Assembly (NCBI GenBank): GCA_051362555.1
Contig: CM120643.1
Location: forward strand, 1,922,001 to 1,986,000
Length of the DNA stretch: 64,000 bases
Origin: Lingula anatina
Taxonomy: Eukaryota; Animalia; Brachiopoda
Direction of reading: 5' to 3'
Part shown: positions 39,199 through 53,015 of the stretch, piece by piece
Layout: each line of letters begins with the position of its first letter
Numbering within the stretch: position 1 is the stretch's first letter
Program-made: the position numbers and the translations under genes
The notes under the pieces: generated by a model
What the model saw: only the letters and a program-made list of their open reading frames with translations
The model's database searches: none
Told to the model about the DNA's origin: nothing

Positions 39199-40777
39199 AG
39201 CATGCATACTGTATTATTTGTTTGAGAAATTATACAGTTATGGCAGAGTTTATGACATTCTTATGTACTATGGTGTAATAGTGGCCGCAAACCCAATTTT
39301 GTCAGCTTGCTGAATTATTCAGGCAAAGTTGCTATATTCTGATGCTCAGCAGTTCTGTAAAAATCTAGGTTTATTGGTGAGTCCTTTTAAGAAATTATTG
39401 TGATATCTTACATCTCTCAAAATGATCTGAACGTCCAGTGAAACATTTAAAGAATTTACCACGAGAAGACAGTCAATTTCTGACAAACTGATACCTGCTT
39501 CACAGATATTATACATCATACAATATAAGAGCAATATATTACACCAGCACGTAGCTGCTGATGAATTTTCCAACTGACCACAAATGGGTTTACCCGGTAA
39601 CAGGTTGCTCATATGGCTTAATGCGACTCTGATCTGTTCCATTTCATCTACATTTGTATGCCGTATACAACGAAGAGTTCTTTACGATAACAGAGGAAAT
39701 ACTCATGAAATGAAATGCTAAATGACCACGAGGGTATCGAGGCAGAGCAAGTTTGCCGTGACTTGCATACACGGAGATTTCATTTGTTCTTCTGTATGAT
39801 AAAAGACTCGTACTGTGATTAATGAAAGTGATGACAATGAAGAAACTCACGTGAGAATTAAGTGGAATAAAAACAGATGTAGAATGACTAAGCAGAAACA
39901 AGATATTTTAAGCATTAAAAAAAATGAATAACCAATCTAGGATGAAAGCAATGTCGGGATGAGCCCAGAAACATCCAACATCTAAAGTTATGACGGCCGA
40001 AGATAATACTGATGTAACGGGACATTGTGGAACTAACATTTGATGTTGAAAAATGTATTGACCATTAAATAAGTTACGGAAATAATCACGTCCACATGTA
40101 CCACATGTACCTATCATTCATAGAGTTTCGGGTAAAACAAGCTATGGCAATTTGTGTTGGATAAATATGCAATGCTCATATATGGGATTGCAGATTACTG
40201 ATGACAATGTGCTGTGGATAGGAACGTAATAGATGAAGATGCTGGTGTCGACCAGGAGACTGAAATGTGGATTGAAAATGAAACGCTCACTGGAGGTAAG
40301 GCTAAGAGAAAATGGTTGAAAACAAGAATGCGATACCCCCAAAAGTAGTAAGTACAGATAGATAGATAGATAGATAGAGAGAGATAGATAGACAGATAGA
40401 CAGATAAAAATATATTATTTGGTTGTTTCCAAATAGAGTGAAATAAGAGGTCAGTTATTGTGGTGAAAAAAATTATAAAAACTACGTAAATATTAAAAGA
40501 GGCAACTGGCATTGTAAAATGTCACTTCAGTGACCTAGGAATGACACATTTTTGTCAATGAACCAGATGACAGTGATCGTAAATATTCAGTTTTATTCTG
40601 GCGTACAATATTTCGGAGTGATATAATGCTTACAAAACTATTTCAATGATAAATGAAATGGGATTTCTATAACTTTTTATCAATAACTTACTAAAAAGCA
40701 GCGCTTTATTTGCTGTACGATGTTTTAAATCTTGAAATTAGATAGCTTATCAGATATTTGGATTATCTTACACCATA

Positions 40778-42027
40778 CACAGCAGGCATAGAACGTTGAT
40801 CCAGCCACGTCAAAACACCGTCATTATGTGACGTTGAATCAACGTTGTATTTTGGTCATTGACACAACCTTGCAGACATGGATTGTAATTGAAAATATTA
40901 ATTATTGAAAACGTGATACTTTGTTTATCAACTGGATACTGTAACTAACTTTATCAAAATAATAAAAAACGTGTTTTTAAGTAAAAGTGACCGTTGTTTT
41001 GTGTCTCATATGGGACCCTAAAATAATCAAACACAGTTAGCAATCTGTGCAGTTAATATTTTTAATAACATGCTTGTGACATCAATTGCACCTTTATATT
41101 GGGGTTGGGTGATATATATGTAAGAAAATAACTCTATATATTAATCTAAGCTTTGGAAATTTTAACTTAAAGGCCATACATATATACCCTACATATATTT
41201 AGCCATCAAACATGTCCTACTGCTAAACACATCCAGGCTAAAAGAGTGTACCATGCTTAGGTGCTAAGTGCGTTGAAAAAATCAGACAAAGCAGGCACTT
41301 GGATGTTTTTAGAGTGTACAGGGCCGTAGCCTCCGGGGGGGCAGGGGGGGGAGCTGCCCCCCTGGGATTTGAGGTGCAAAAAAATAATCGCAAAGGTAAA
41401 AAAAATAATTGCAAAGTTGGTATCATTTCTGTGAGAAAATGCACTCATGGCCACAAGACAATCATTCAACAATCTGTTTATAAATGTGTACTGTTTTTAG
41501 CCAACTCAGTTCATGCCAAAAAGTTCATCCTCCCTTAGGGAGCTATCCCCCAGGCCAATTTGCATGTTGTGTTAAAAAATGCCTGTACTTATGGCAAAAT
41601 GAACCCACAATTTCTGACTTCTGATTGAACAATAGATAACAGTTAAAATGCACCAGAATGCAGTTTTATACATAGAGTTTTAAAAAATTTTCCACACCGT
41701 GGGAGGGGGACGCCCCCTCCCACCCCCTCCCCCCTCGGGGGCCTCGCCCCCTCGTGTCCGCTTACTGCCCCCCCTGGCATTTTGCTCAGGCTACGGCCCT
41801 GGTGTACGTTTTAATTGTGTACCTGTGTTATGTACCAAAAATAAAAAAAAACATTTCAGGTCATTTTAATATCTTTTCATGTAAGGATGTTGTCTAACAA
41901 CTGGGGTTGATATAATGTTGTTATCTGACGTTGACACAACTTTCAAATCCAATGTTTATCCAACGTATAATCATTGTTATGGTTCAACGTTGGTTCAACG
42001 TTAAAACAACATAATTTGCCCGCTGGG
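40778..42027. mobile_element. Non-autonomous DNA element with CCCAGC-type ends and AACGTTG subterminal repeats (EnSpm-like?)
   Basis: Imperfect TIR CACAGCAGGCA / TGCCCGCTGGG with clustered CAACGTTG motifs at both ends. Absent from unit A. Hosts the 41319 MITE. Confidence 0.5.
41319..41801. mobile_element. MITE with CAGGGCCGTAGCCT TIRs and 5-bp TSD
   Basis: TSD GTGTA on both sides. Ends are nearly identical to 28800-28958 in reverse orientation. Confidence 0.88.
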
Positions 42028-43636
42028 AGCAAACTTCAAGCCAACAGATAAATGGCATGTGAAAGGACAACTTCTGTTAGTACAATAACAAATTATGACA
42101 CTTAATAAACCCTTGCTAAGCTACCACTTAGCGATCATAATCTCCACATTGAAATTAGGCGGCACACCATTTTATATTCCAATGCCTAATGTACAAAAAG
42201 GACGAGACACATTTTTATTATATACAGATACATCTGTGTCTAAACATATAGCCATCACCTGCGTCTGCCATCGCTGTTGTCGCCGTTGCTGTCGCCGTCG
42301 CCGTCACCGTGCACTTTCACCGATAACACGATAAGTGGTAAACCGTTTTACATGATGGCTTGAAACTTACAGAACTGATGAATATTCATTAAACGCATTT
42401 CAAGTTCGAAAGTCAGCGTTTGATCGGGCCATTTTTTTAAAAAAAGTTATGATGTTTTTTCACTTTTTTTCAACATATATATGCAACACTGATAACACAT
42501 TTCAAGGAGAGCCAATTAGCCTGTTGTCTTGCAATTCACGTAGGAGTGATCAGTCTGACCAATATACAGATCAAATTTGAAAAAAAAAAAAAAGCTTGAT
42601 CAGTTCAGTTTTGATAAAGTTATACCTTTTTTGAATATACATACAGTGTATATGTAGTTTTTCCTCAGATTTGACTCTTAGGCATGTTAACAGTCTCGTC
42701 ATTGGATTCGTAGTGTTTTTTGTACATTTTCTGCATCCTAACAATGTTAGTTGATTATAAAAATGATGGTAAAGTTGTTATCGTGTATCGTGTAATAAGT
42801 GTCAAAAAATGGAAATATACTAATATCATTGCAGTGAGTCAGATTCAATCATTCACTATGTCCAGACTCTCAGAATGGATCAAATTAGACATTTGAAATT
42901 GTTCCATCGACTTTTTTCTATCCCAACAATTTTCTTAGGTAATCATACAGAATATCAGTAAATTGATTATTCTGGTTTATGTAAAAAGGTGCATTTTTAA
43001 GATATGACTCTGAACTTCCATGGGCTTGAAGACTTTTGTTAGTCACATTTTCTGAATATTCATGATACTTTTATTTTATTATTAAAATCGATGGTCATCA
43101 TGCTGTTAAGCATGATGTAATATTGCATCAAAATTGTAGAAAATTTTGGGCACTGTTTTTATAGTGACCATTAAAAAACACATTACTCTTCACAAACATG
43201 GCGTAACTTATGGGCCTTTGAAGAATAATACTACCCAAACCCGATCTTCCCAGCTTCCTGTATTATTCGAAGCAGTTACAATTTCTTACGAGGCATTTCC
43301 GAAGAAAAAAACGAAGTGTGACTTACTTATCACTAAACATCAGGGCCCAGGGCCCAAGGACGTTTAGCACTTAATTCTCTAAACACTGGTTAACTAAACG
43401 GCGGGTAAAACTGTGTTTAATAAACAGCCATTGTTTGGTTGCTATGAACAACTAATCCAGACCATATTAGGAAGTAAAATTTCCAAAAATGCAATGGGTT
43501 TCTATAAACAAAATAAAATACCCATATTTAATCCATTGTTCTTTGTGTTTTCTGCTATTCTTTAATGTAATTTGGAAGTGTCAACAATATCTGAGAAAAC
43601 AAAGAGATGATTGCCAAAGTATAATTAAAAAATCAA

Positions 43637-43695
<59 letters not shown>

Positions 43696-45984
43696 CATGA
43701 TAAATAGATAAATAATAATAATAATATCATAAAAAATATTCAAAATGAAACTTATTTTCTTGGAAGAATGATTCTTTTCCGTCTCTGGAGCTAGTTGGTT
43801 TTGAAATAAGTTTTCTAAATACAGTATCGAATTTCTACTGAATCTAAATCTTTCAATGAGTTCTTGCTCAGTTGCTCCATCAAAATCAAATATCTGTTTC
43901 TTCTCAGTCTAAAAGGTATATGTCTGCGAGGATTTCTGGCAAACTGCAGCAGGTTTGCCATTTTTATCTGGCGTTTAAGGAATTTAACTACCTTCTTCGA
44001 GCGTATAAATTTAACCAACCGTTAAGAAGATTTAGCTATTGGTTGGTGCTAAACGACGCTTATGAAACCCGGTTAAACGTCGTGTAATTTTAGCTGTTTT
44101 CATAATAAAAACGATAATGAAAGTCATTATGCCAATCAAGAGGGAGTCGACAGATGCAGAAAGACTGACAGACAAAATTTAATGATCATTTTGAAATTCT
44201 AAGCATAAAAAAATATTTCTGTAGTATTTATAGATTCGTCAATTTTAAAATATCAAATATTTTTTAAATCACTTGAATGATTTCTGAAACGTGACTTGAA
44301 TGAAGATTAACCGTTGATTTTCCATAAATACAGAGTTCCATTTGACACATATGATACATTTGATCTCTAATTTGATACAACGTAGAAAAAGTGATTTAGT
44401 TGCTTTGACCTTGAAGGTTTCACATTCAAGATTTGCGGCATAGAGATGCTTTCAGCTGGCTCAAACACCTCATCAAATATGCCACGTCGTTGCTTTTTCC
44501 ACCATATATTACCTGAGCTCCTAAACGCTAATTAAAATCTTCAGATGAAATTGAATACACTGATAAAAACACAAACCACAACATATGGCAGTTGAAAACA
44601 GATTTTACTACTCATGAATCATAACGGAGTATCTGGGGATGGGGAAAGCTACGTACGCCAGGGCAAATAAGAAACTAGCAACGCGCGTCTTTTCTTAAGA
44701 CAACACCGTGAAACAGTTTGAATCTCTAAATTTTCCAAACTGTTATCTGTAAAAGAATTACACGCCCCACAGAAGACCCTCATGTCAGTCTCTAGTCACA
44801 GCAACGGTCGCTGGTGCGTCTGACATCATCTGGCAGCAACCAGGGCTCTCAATCGGCAAGGTATTCCTTTGGATACATTTTGTCTGATGTCTGGCCTCTT
44901 TAGGATATCTGTAAACTTTAATTTGACCACTTAAGCTGTACAGGTGAAATTTGACCTCAATAAAGAAAGCTACGCTGTTTCAATGTTTTACGCAGAAACA
45001 GGTATGGTCCCCAATTCATTAGAGAAACAGACAACTATGTATTGCTGTTTACAGTGGCTTCTTCAAAGGCTGCCTAGTATTCTAACCTAAAAAACAGTAC
45101 GTTGTTCACTCTTAATCATTTTATCTATGCAATTTTATAAGATTTATATCGTAAAAAGGAAAATGGCTTGTCATATAGCTGTACCTCGAACTGAACATAT
45201 GAATGATAAGATGACACACGTGTACAGTATGGAATATACCTGGACGTAATAAGATGGAAAAATTAAGTCTTACTTAATCTAGCCGCACAAAATATTTTGC
45301 TCATATCGGCTGAAACCCGCATTAATTAAGCTAGAATGTCTTCAAAATACTAAATATTTCAAACATTAGGGTCCCTTGTGGTTTAATTAAGAAAGGCTTC
45401 TAGGTTTTACTGGATAAGTCAAAGATTTTCTTAAGTCTCCTTTGGTGGGGGGTGGGGGGGGTGGGGGGGGGGCGAGCAACGTGCCATCATTACTCAGGAT
45501 CGACTGATATGTGAGTGGACAGGGACAAAATATGAACTATTTGTATTGTCCTCCCTTTTTTGTCAGATGTCATTCAGTTTGTAGATTATAACTCATTGTA
45601 CCCCCATAAGTAAATACTCGTAAGTTATTTTAAATGCATATCGTAGGAGAAAAACACTTCGAAAACTAAATGGCCAGTTAATGGAATCTTATATATCAAA
45701 TACCCCTGGAAGTTAAGACGAATTTGCATTAATCGTTGTCTGATACTATTTAAAAACTGGGAATTTAATGATTTTTGGGTAGGTTTGTTTTGCATTATTT
45801 TGCTTTACGCAAGACATAAACAACCTTTTCTCACTTTCAATACCAAGACGTTAAATTATTTCGCTAATTAAAATGTTGGATAATTACTGGATTATAGTTT
45901 TACATACATACACACCACCGGTCCCCCATTACCACATGGATTTTATTTTGTTAGTAAATTTTTCATTTGACAGGCTAATACGTC

Positions 45985-45987
<3 letters not shown>

Positions 45988-46047
<60 letters not shown>
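45988..46047. repeat. (AT)n microsatellite
   Basis: Directly visible. Confidence 0.9.
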
Positions 46048-46052
<5 letters not shown>

Positions 46053-46765
46053 ACTGTGACTCAATTAACGAGAAAGGTGTCGTGGTGGGTCTTCAACAAG
46101 GATATTCTTGGGTGAGCAATATAGGATCATAAAATTGTGAGGCATTAAAACTGGTTGATAGAAAAAGAAAATGAATGGGGGATGAGCTAGCTCAAAGAAA
46201 TTACGTTATCATAAAATGGGGTTGACCGGCAAATTCGAGCACCGCTATGACAAAAAGCAATTTCGCCCAGATATTACTTTTCTGCTTCACATTGGGGTAA
46301 CAGTGTGCATCCTTGCTCTTTTGATCGAAGGTTCCTTGAACGTCTAGGTTAGTTTTGTAGTGGGCGGCCGAGTCATATATGAAACATATGAACTTGATTA
46401 TTTAACAGTCTTCACAAAAGATCTCACCTGCAGCGAAATGCCCAAGACCCCAATAGCATGCTTTGAAATTAACAGTAAAAATATTTGAGTCAGAGAGGTA
46501 TTAAATTGAATTTCTTCTTCTCTCTCTCTCTCCTTTTAGTTTTTTATTCTTAATTTTTATTTCTAAAACACACAACGCCTCTGCATCAACCAACGCACAT
46601 TGTTAGAACGAGCATGCGCACTCTCAGTTTTCCAACGTGGATAAATCGCTGCGTGCCCACCTTAAAAAGTTGTATTTATAAGTAGAACGGAAGAGAGAGT
46701 CTCTCAATTGCTCTTTCTCCTTCTTTTCTGCTACATTCGACAAAAGAAAGGTGATTCTCTTGAAG

Positions 46766-46946
46766 ATGACAGGAAAAAGAGGCGTGGCCGTGCTTCTGAT
46801 AATCTCTTTGACAACGGTGACATCCGTTACTGGCGCTGGTCCCGTCCCCTTTACTCCGGAGGAAGAGGCGCAAAGAGACGATGCTACGGCTGAGATAGCT
46901 AACCTTCCAGCCGAGGATCAGGAGCCACTGCCCACCGGTCCAATAC
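46766..46946 (+). CDS. VWD gene copy B exon 1: signal peptide plus linker
   Basis: MTGKRGVAVLLIISLTTVTSVTGAGPVPFTPEEEAQRDD...PTGPI, 181 nt, phase-1 donor GTAAGT. Confidence 0.88.
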
Positions 46947-49900
46947 GTAAGTTACATTTTTTACCGAGATGGCAAACGTGACCGAATATGAAAACGAACA
47001 TTTATCGTTGATGTCTTTAACCTATGTAAGTGTTGGCAAGAATGTTATTCAGCTGAAGCTTTTATCACGTTTGTTCATCTAACACTACTATATATATAGA
47101 CTTGACATTTTATATGTAATGTTTTTTCATCAGTTTTTTTTCTATTTTGCTGCCTGGTAAATAAAAACAAGGATTAAAATGGTCGTATAATAATTTTAAT
47201 TATCCCTTTGGTGTCATTGTGACATCAATTCATTGAATGAATTCGTCAGAGGAGCAAACAAAAATACATTGCCTATTCTTAGTCGGGTGAGGACCATTAA
47301 AATCTATATTTTAGATCTCCATATTTTCCAAATTATCGTCTTTTAAAGAATTGCACGCCCCACAAAGGACCCTCGTTAAATTAAATCTGGCATAACATTC
47401 TAGTCATCGGTAAGTTTTGTCCAATTTGGTTCATTTTTGTTTTAAGACATGTAGCCCGTTGATTTGGCGAGTAATGGCCTACCCACATACATGTATTGTC
47501 TATGTGGTTCAAATATGGCGATTTTGATGATCAAGGTAGCTGCTCATTCCCTTGGTTCTGTAAGTTATCTGCTGTTAAAAGTGCTCTATGTGAACCGCAA
47601 TCTTATCGTGCAACCTGAAATTGTTCTTAAGGTGCCCCCTGTCAAATGATAGTCAAGTGGTTCCCAGATAATTATTTTATTTGATCTGGTTCAGCTTTTC
47701 CCCAATGACAACCATCGGTGTTGTGGCACCAGTGTGGTATCCACTCAAGATGCTGACGCTGTCAATGGCCCTAGTCACTTTAGACGCGGCACACGTTTCG
47801 TCGTAGGCTTCTTCAGGATGTCTGTAAACTCTGTTTTGACTAGATGGGCGGTGCAGGTGAAATCTGACCTCAATAAAGAAAGCCACACGGTTTCAGTGTT
47901 CTGAGGTCTTCTGGTATTCTAACCTGGTGAAACCAGTTTGGGGTCACTAAGGGACAAAAACGCGTTTTGGTGGCAATTTGCCCCTAAGATTTTAATTTCT
48001 CAAAAGTGTGTTTTACGTAAAATTTGTAAACCTGTATTTCTTGTAACGAAACAAATCCGACATGTTGCCGACAAATTTTATTTTAAATGATTTAAACTCC
48101 ATTTTTCGAGATCCAGGACTCAATCCGTAACCTAGAGATGTGGTTGAATCCATTACCACCATAAGCATATACATAGTATAAAACATTTTATTTGTAGAAA
48201 AAAGCGTTTTAGAAAACCCAACTCAATATACAGAAATAGAGCAACAGATCTGGATCACGTGGTCCTGTGACAACATACAAACCAAGTGTTTTTCGAGAGT
48301 CATCTGAGCTACATACTGAATACAGTGAAGTTAGGGAAGGTTATGTTGAACGGAGTTGGGCAATTTTCATTAAGTCTCAGCGTGTTGCCATGAGATGCAC
48401 AAAAAAAGGATCTGGCGATCTTCTTACTTTGTCTGTGACGGTCTTTCATGACTTTCTGACTAACTTCGGTGACAGGAGATGTGATGCCGCCACAAGTGGT
48501 AGAGATAGTATCACTGAAAAGTCTTACAAATCAAGTATCATCAGTAGCCAAGCTTACTAATTGCTGATAAAATGTAAATGCCTGGTAGTTGACCAGCAGC
48601 TCCTTAACAATGAAACTCGAAAGAAGGACTCAAAGATAATATACTTCAGGAAATCAGGACTTCGTTAGGTGTTACATCAAAATGTTCTTTGTGTAGAAAG
48701 ATGACCAATGTCCTCTGTTTATTGTATTACTTAGTGTCCGGAAACGCGAAAGATTTAGCAATGAAATTTACAAACAGGCTCGAAATACGGACACCGTTGC
48801 ATACTTTTAGGTTGGATATCGACTTAATGCTATATTCCAGATTCGTGGTCAAAATATTTACCTGTAAATCGCTATGAGGGAATCCAACGCTGACAACAGT
48901 TACCAGTTTCAATCATTTTATGTTCATTCGTTGCTTGCTTAGGTACAGTCTAGCGATATATGGGGAATCACTCTCCTTTATATTAAAGGAAAACCATGTC
49001 ACATACATGTGTAGTTTTTCTACACTAAGAAAATATTCAAGGGACTAAAATACAGCTTCAGTTGGAAAACAAGCCTGATTCGTTTCTTCTTCTGGAAGTT
49101 ATACAGTATTTTGTTTGTGAAATTTTTCAAATTTTCAAAACTTATCACATAAAGGCGTTTTTAAGGTGTGGCCTTGAGCTTCCATGGGCTTGAAGACTTT
49201 TGCCAGTCACATTTTTTTAATATTCCTGATACTTTTAGTATGTGATTAAAGAGTGGCGATAATGCTGTTAAGCATTATGTAATATTGCATCAACATTGTA
49301 GAAAACCATGTTTTGGTCACTGCCGCCACAATGGTCATAAAAGGCAAACCATGTTACGTATGATTCTCAAACTTACTGAACAGATTCATGGGACTGAAAT
49401 GTAGTTTGAGTTGGACAACCAGAATGATTGCATTCATTTTTATGCAGTTCTTAATGAAATTTTTATTTTTCACATATTGGTATTTTCCTTGTGTAATTTA
49501 GAACTCCCAAAACATAAAGTCGAATGAAATTTATATGACCTGAATTCAAATATTTTGTATAGTAGACAAATTAAAATTTACTGGTGATTATGCTTTTAAT
49601 AATTATGTTTTACTGTATCATAATTGTCATAAACCTACTTTGTGCACTATCACAAACATTATGACAGGAAAACTTTGTTACATGTACTTATTATTTTGTA
49701 ACTTAAAAGAATGGATTGACATACATCTCAAGTTAGAAAAGCAGCTTGATTGGGTTATTACATTTTCTCGAATGTATGAAATTTATTGTAAAATTTTCAT
49801 TTTTTTATTCCAAACCTTCATGGTCCTGAAGCGTTATGTTAGTTCACATTTTACTTATATCCATATTGCCTGTTTTACATAATTAAAATTTTGGTTCTGA

Positions 49901-50189
49901 CTCTGCTGTTAAGATTAACGTATTATTGAATTAACGGTTTCCTATTTCATCATTTTTCTGCTTTTTGTTTGTACATTTGACAGCTTAGCTGTCTTACATA
50001 TCATATGTCCCAAAGCTTTTCAATACAGAATATTTTACCTTTCACAATCCTCTTTTGATGTATTGGGTCTTGCGTATCATTCACTTTTAATGAGATCTTT
50101 TAATGCTGAAGGTGGACCTTTTATGGAGGTACTGGAACGTATCCAAATTAGTGTTCCTTTATCATCCAAGTTGTCCCCGTCCATTTCAG

Positions 50190-50461
50190 CGCCAATCCCT
50201 GCTTGTGAATGCCATGCGCATGGTGATGTCCGCTATGTTACATGTGATGGGAGAGTCTTCAAATATAACACCCCGACCAACGTTTACGGTATCATGGCAA
50301 AGTCTAATACAACCTGGTTTTGGTATGTAATAACAAGACAAGAATTCTTTGAAGACACCCCGAAGACTCGTCTGTCAGCAGTGAAATTCAAGATCTTTTC
50401 TTACTTCGTGATCGTTGACTACAAAAAGATTTCGAATCCAGATGGACTGTATAGAATAACG
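50190..50461 (+). CDS. VWD gene copy B exon 2 (N-terminal half of VWD)
   Basis: TTTCAG| acceptor, 272 nt (phase 1 to phase 0), CECHAHGDVRYVTCDGRVFKY matching the VWD C...GD.HY.TFDG..F.Y motif, and donor ACG|GTACGT. Confidence 0.88.
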
Positions 50462-50479
50462 GTACGTTTTCTCTTCCTC

Positions 50480-50588
50480 TTCTCTCTGCCTCCTCTGTTC
50501 TCTCTCTCTCTCTCAAACACCTTTCTCTCTCTCCCTCCCCCTCCCGCAATCTCTGTCTCTCTCACACACACCTTTCTCTCCTCCCCCC

Positions 50589-50639
<51 letters not shown>

Positions 50640-50723
50640 CTTTCTCTCTCTCCCTCCCCCTCCCACAATCTCTCTCTCTCTCCCTCTCTCACACACACAC
50701 CTTTCTCTCTCTCCCTCCCCCTC

Positions 50724-50783
<60 letters not shown>

Positions 50784-50923
50784 CTTTCTCTCTCTCCCTC
50801 CCCCTCCCACAATCTCTCTCTCTCTCACACACACCTTTCTCTCTCTCCCTCCCCCTCCCACAATCTCCCTCTCTCTCTCACACACATTTCTCTCTCTCCC
50901 TCCCCCTCCCACAATCTCTCTCT

Positions 50924-50970
<47 letters not shown>
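50480..50970. repeat. CT/CA-rich compound minisatellite at the start of copy B intron 2
   Basis: Units like CACACCTTTCTCTCTCTCCCTCCCCCTCCCACAATCTCTC. Explains the spurious tail of ORF 50063..50980. Confidence 0.9.
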
Positions 50971-50973
<3 letters not shown>

Positions 50974-50979
50974 CACTTA

Positions 50980-51236
50980 GGCTTCGTTCACATGCAATGT
51001 CTATTTTCTATTTTCTATTTTCTATTTGCGGTATGTCTTATGATCATGGTCTGTGGCCTGAATATCCCGCGGCGTAATTACTGGCAGCGCGAGCCAGTTA
51101 CTATAAGTTACTATAAGTAACTGGCTCGCGCTGCCAGTAATTACGCGGCGGGATATTCAGGCCACTGACCGTGATAATAAGATAGCGCAAATAGAAAATA
51201 GAAATTAGAAAATAGACATTGCATGTGAACGAAGCC
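50980..51236. mobile_element. Fold-back Tourist/Harbinger MITE, almost wholly palindromic
   Basis: GGCTTCGTTCACATGCAATGTCTATTTTCTA... paired with ...TAGAAAATAGACATTGCATGTGAACGAAGCC, TTA TSD, and empty site CACTTAAT at ~33551 in copy A. Confidence 0.88.
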
Positions 51237-53015
51237 TTAATGTACTACTTCCAAAGGTCAGAACATCACTTGCATCCCGTGAGCAATTCAGAAAATTTGT
51301 ACTCGATGTATATATGGTTGCCATATATATCGGGTTATAGAAACTGATAACGATAACAAGTGTATTCTTATATAACCTCTTACAGAGGAAGATTTCATTT
51401 TCATTACCGGGTGTGTTTATTGTTTGTTACTCCGAATTTCGATTTCGAAGTACGTTGGTCATTCTGCTTGTTTGTTTACATGTTTGTTTGTCTGTTCGCA
51501 CTGTAAAGATCGTAATTTTCATCATATCACTTCCATTTTTCCCTTGAAAAGGTATCGGGAAAATTTTGTGACAGAACTATTTGAAGGTCAATCGGTGCAT
51601 TTTCCGGAAGGAAGTGGCCATTATTGCCTACACCAAATACTTTTTCTTATTCTAGAATCGTGAAAGCTAGAGGCATATCTTTGTTGCGTTTTGTAGAGCA
51701 TGTCAAGCCCAATACTGGAAGTGGTGTCCGTTTTTTTTTATTTGACGTATGGTTACGGAATTGCGCTATTTCAAAAGGTACATCATAACAATGCTCAGTG
51801 GTGCTAATTTCCCGACCCTTATTTCTCAAAAACTAGCAGGGATACGCCTGTAGTTACTAATGAACTTGAATAGGAAGACATACATTGGCAATCTCACTAA
51901 AACATAATATGGGGAAACCAAGCTCACGGTCAGAGGAACGAGCCAGTTCTATTGTCTGTGGAAGACTTTTCTTTTATTCTGGTCTCCATAATACTGTTCC
52001 TTTGTTGTTGCAATATGTTGGTATGTATGTGAGATTCATTAATTTATAGTAAGTTCTTTCGCAATTCTTTTCCTTAATGAGCAATTTTGTTTAATTGTTT
52101 GCTTGCTTGTTTCTCAGTGTAGGAAAACAAATTGAATGCAAATTACACAAGAATTTGCACCCTCAGATTTCGTAATGTGTTTTCATATCATGTACCTATT
52201 ATTTCTATGTGTTCTCTGTCCAAATGCCAAAAGTAAACATGTTATCTTACCTTGTTGTGGGGAAAAATCGCTTTTTTTCTCTGTGAGCCCACATGTTCAC
52301 TCCCATTCACCCCCAGCTAAACATGCCCACTTAGCTTCACGTCTTACACCACTACACGTCACTTCCGGCACAATCCTCCGGTTCCCTTCATTCGTATTCC
52401 CGTAACTCTCCTGCCAAGAATGCGCCAGGAGACGCATGTATGTATGAGGTTCGACTCCCAGAATGAGAACAAAATTTCCCTTTTTTAATTATTATAAGCG
52501 CAAGATCTAACCAGGTAAATGCTGTCTTTTTTGTTTGACTTTGGAGATCATACATAACGCAAAAGGTAATAAACAGATTTTGTTGAAATTTTCGGGATAG
52601 GTCAAAAATAGCACAGTAATTTTAATTCAGTTAGATTTAGATGGCCCGTTTATGGATTATAATTGATAAATGAATGAAATAACTAATTATGTACAGATTT
52701 TGATAAAATTTAGGTCTCAAATGGGCAAAGGAAACATAATCAGCTTTTGGTGATAGGATCCGTTGATTAGTTAATCATTTAACTTTTCAGAATGGATAAC
52801 AAATTGGCCAATTTCATGAATTTTCAGTAGAGGTCAAAAATTGACGAAGAAAGAAATGAGTAAATGTGGTGATGATCCGTTAATTAATAAATAATTCAGT
52901 AATAAATTTATTATTTGTCTTGGCAGAGGTTGAGCTATCTGAATCATTTTTAGTTATAAATTTTATGCTTATTATAATGAAAGATAACACTGTCGGGATT
53001 TTATTATCATTGCAG

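Noticed and set aside
50063-50980. 305-aa ORF as a single-exon gene
   Set aside because: Only 50190-50461 is bounded by splice sites and conserved with copy A. The rest is intron and CT repeat.
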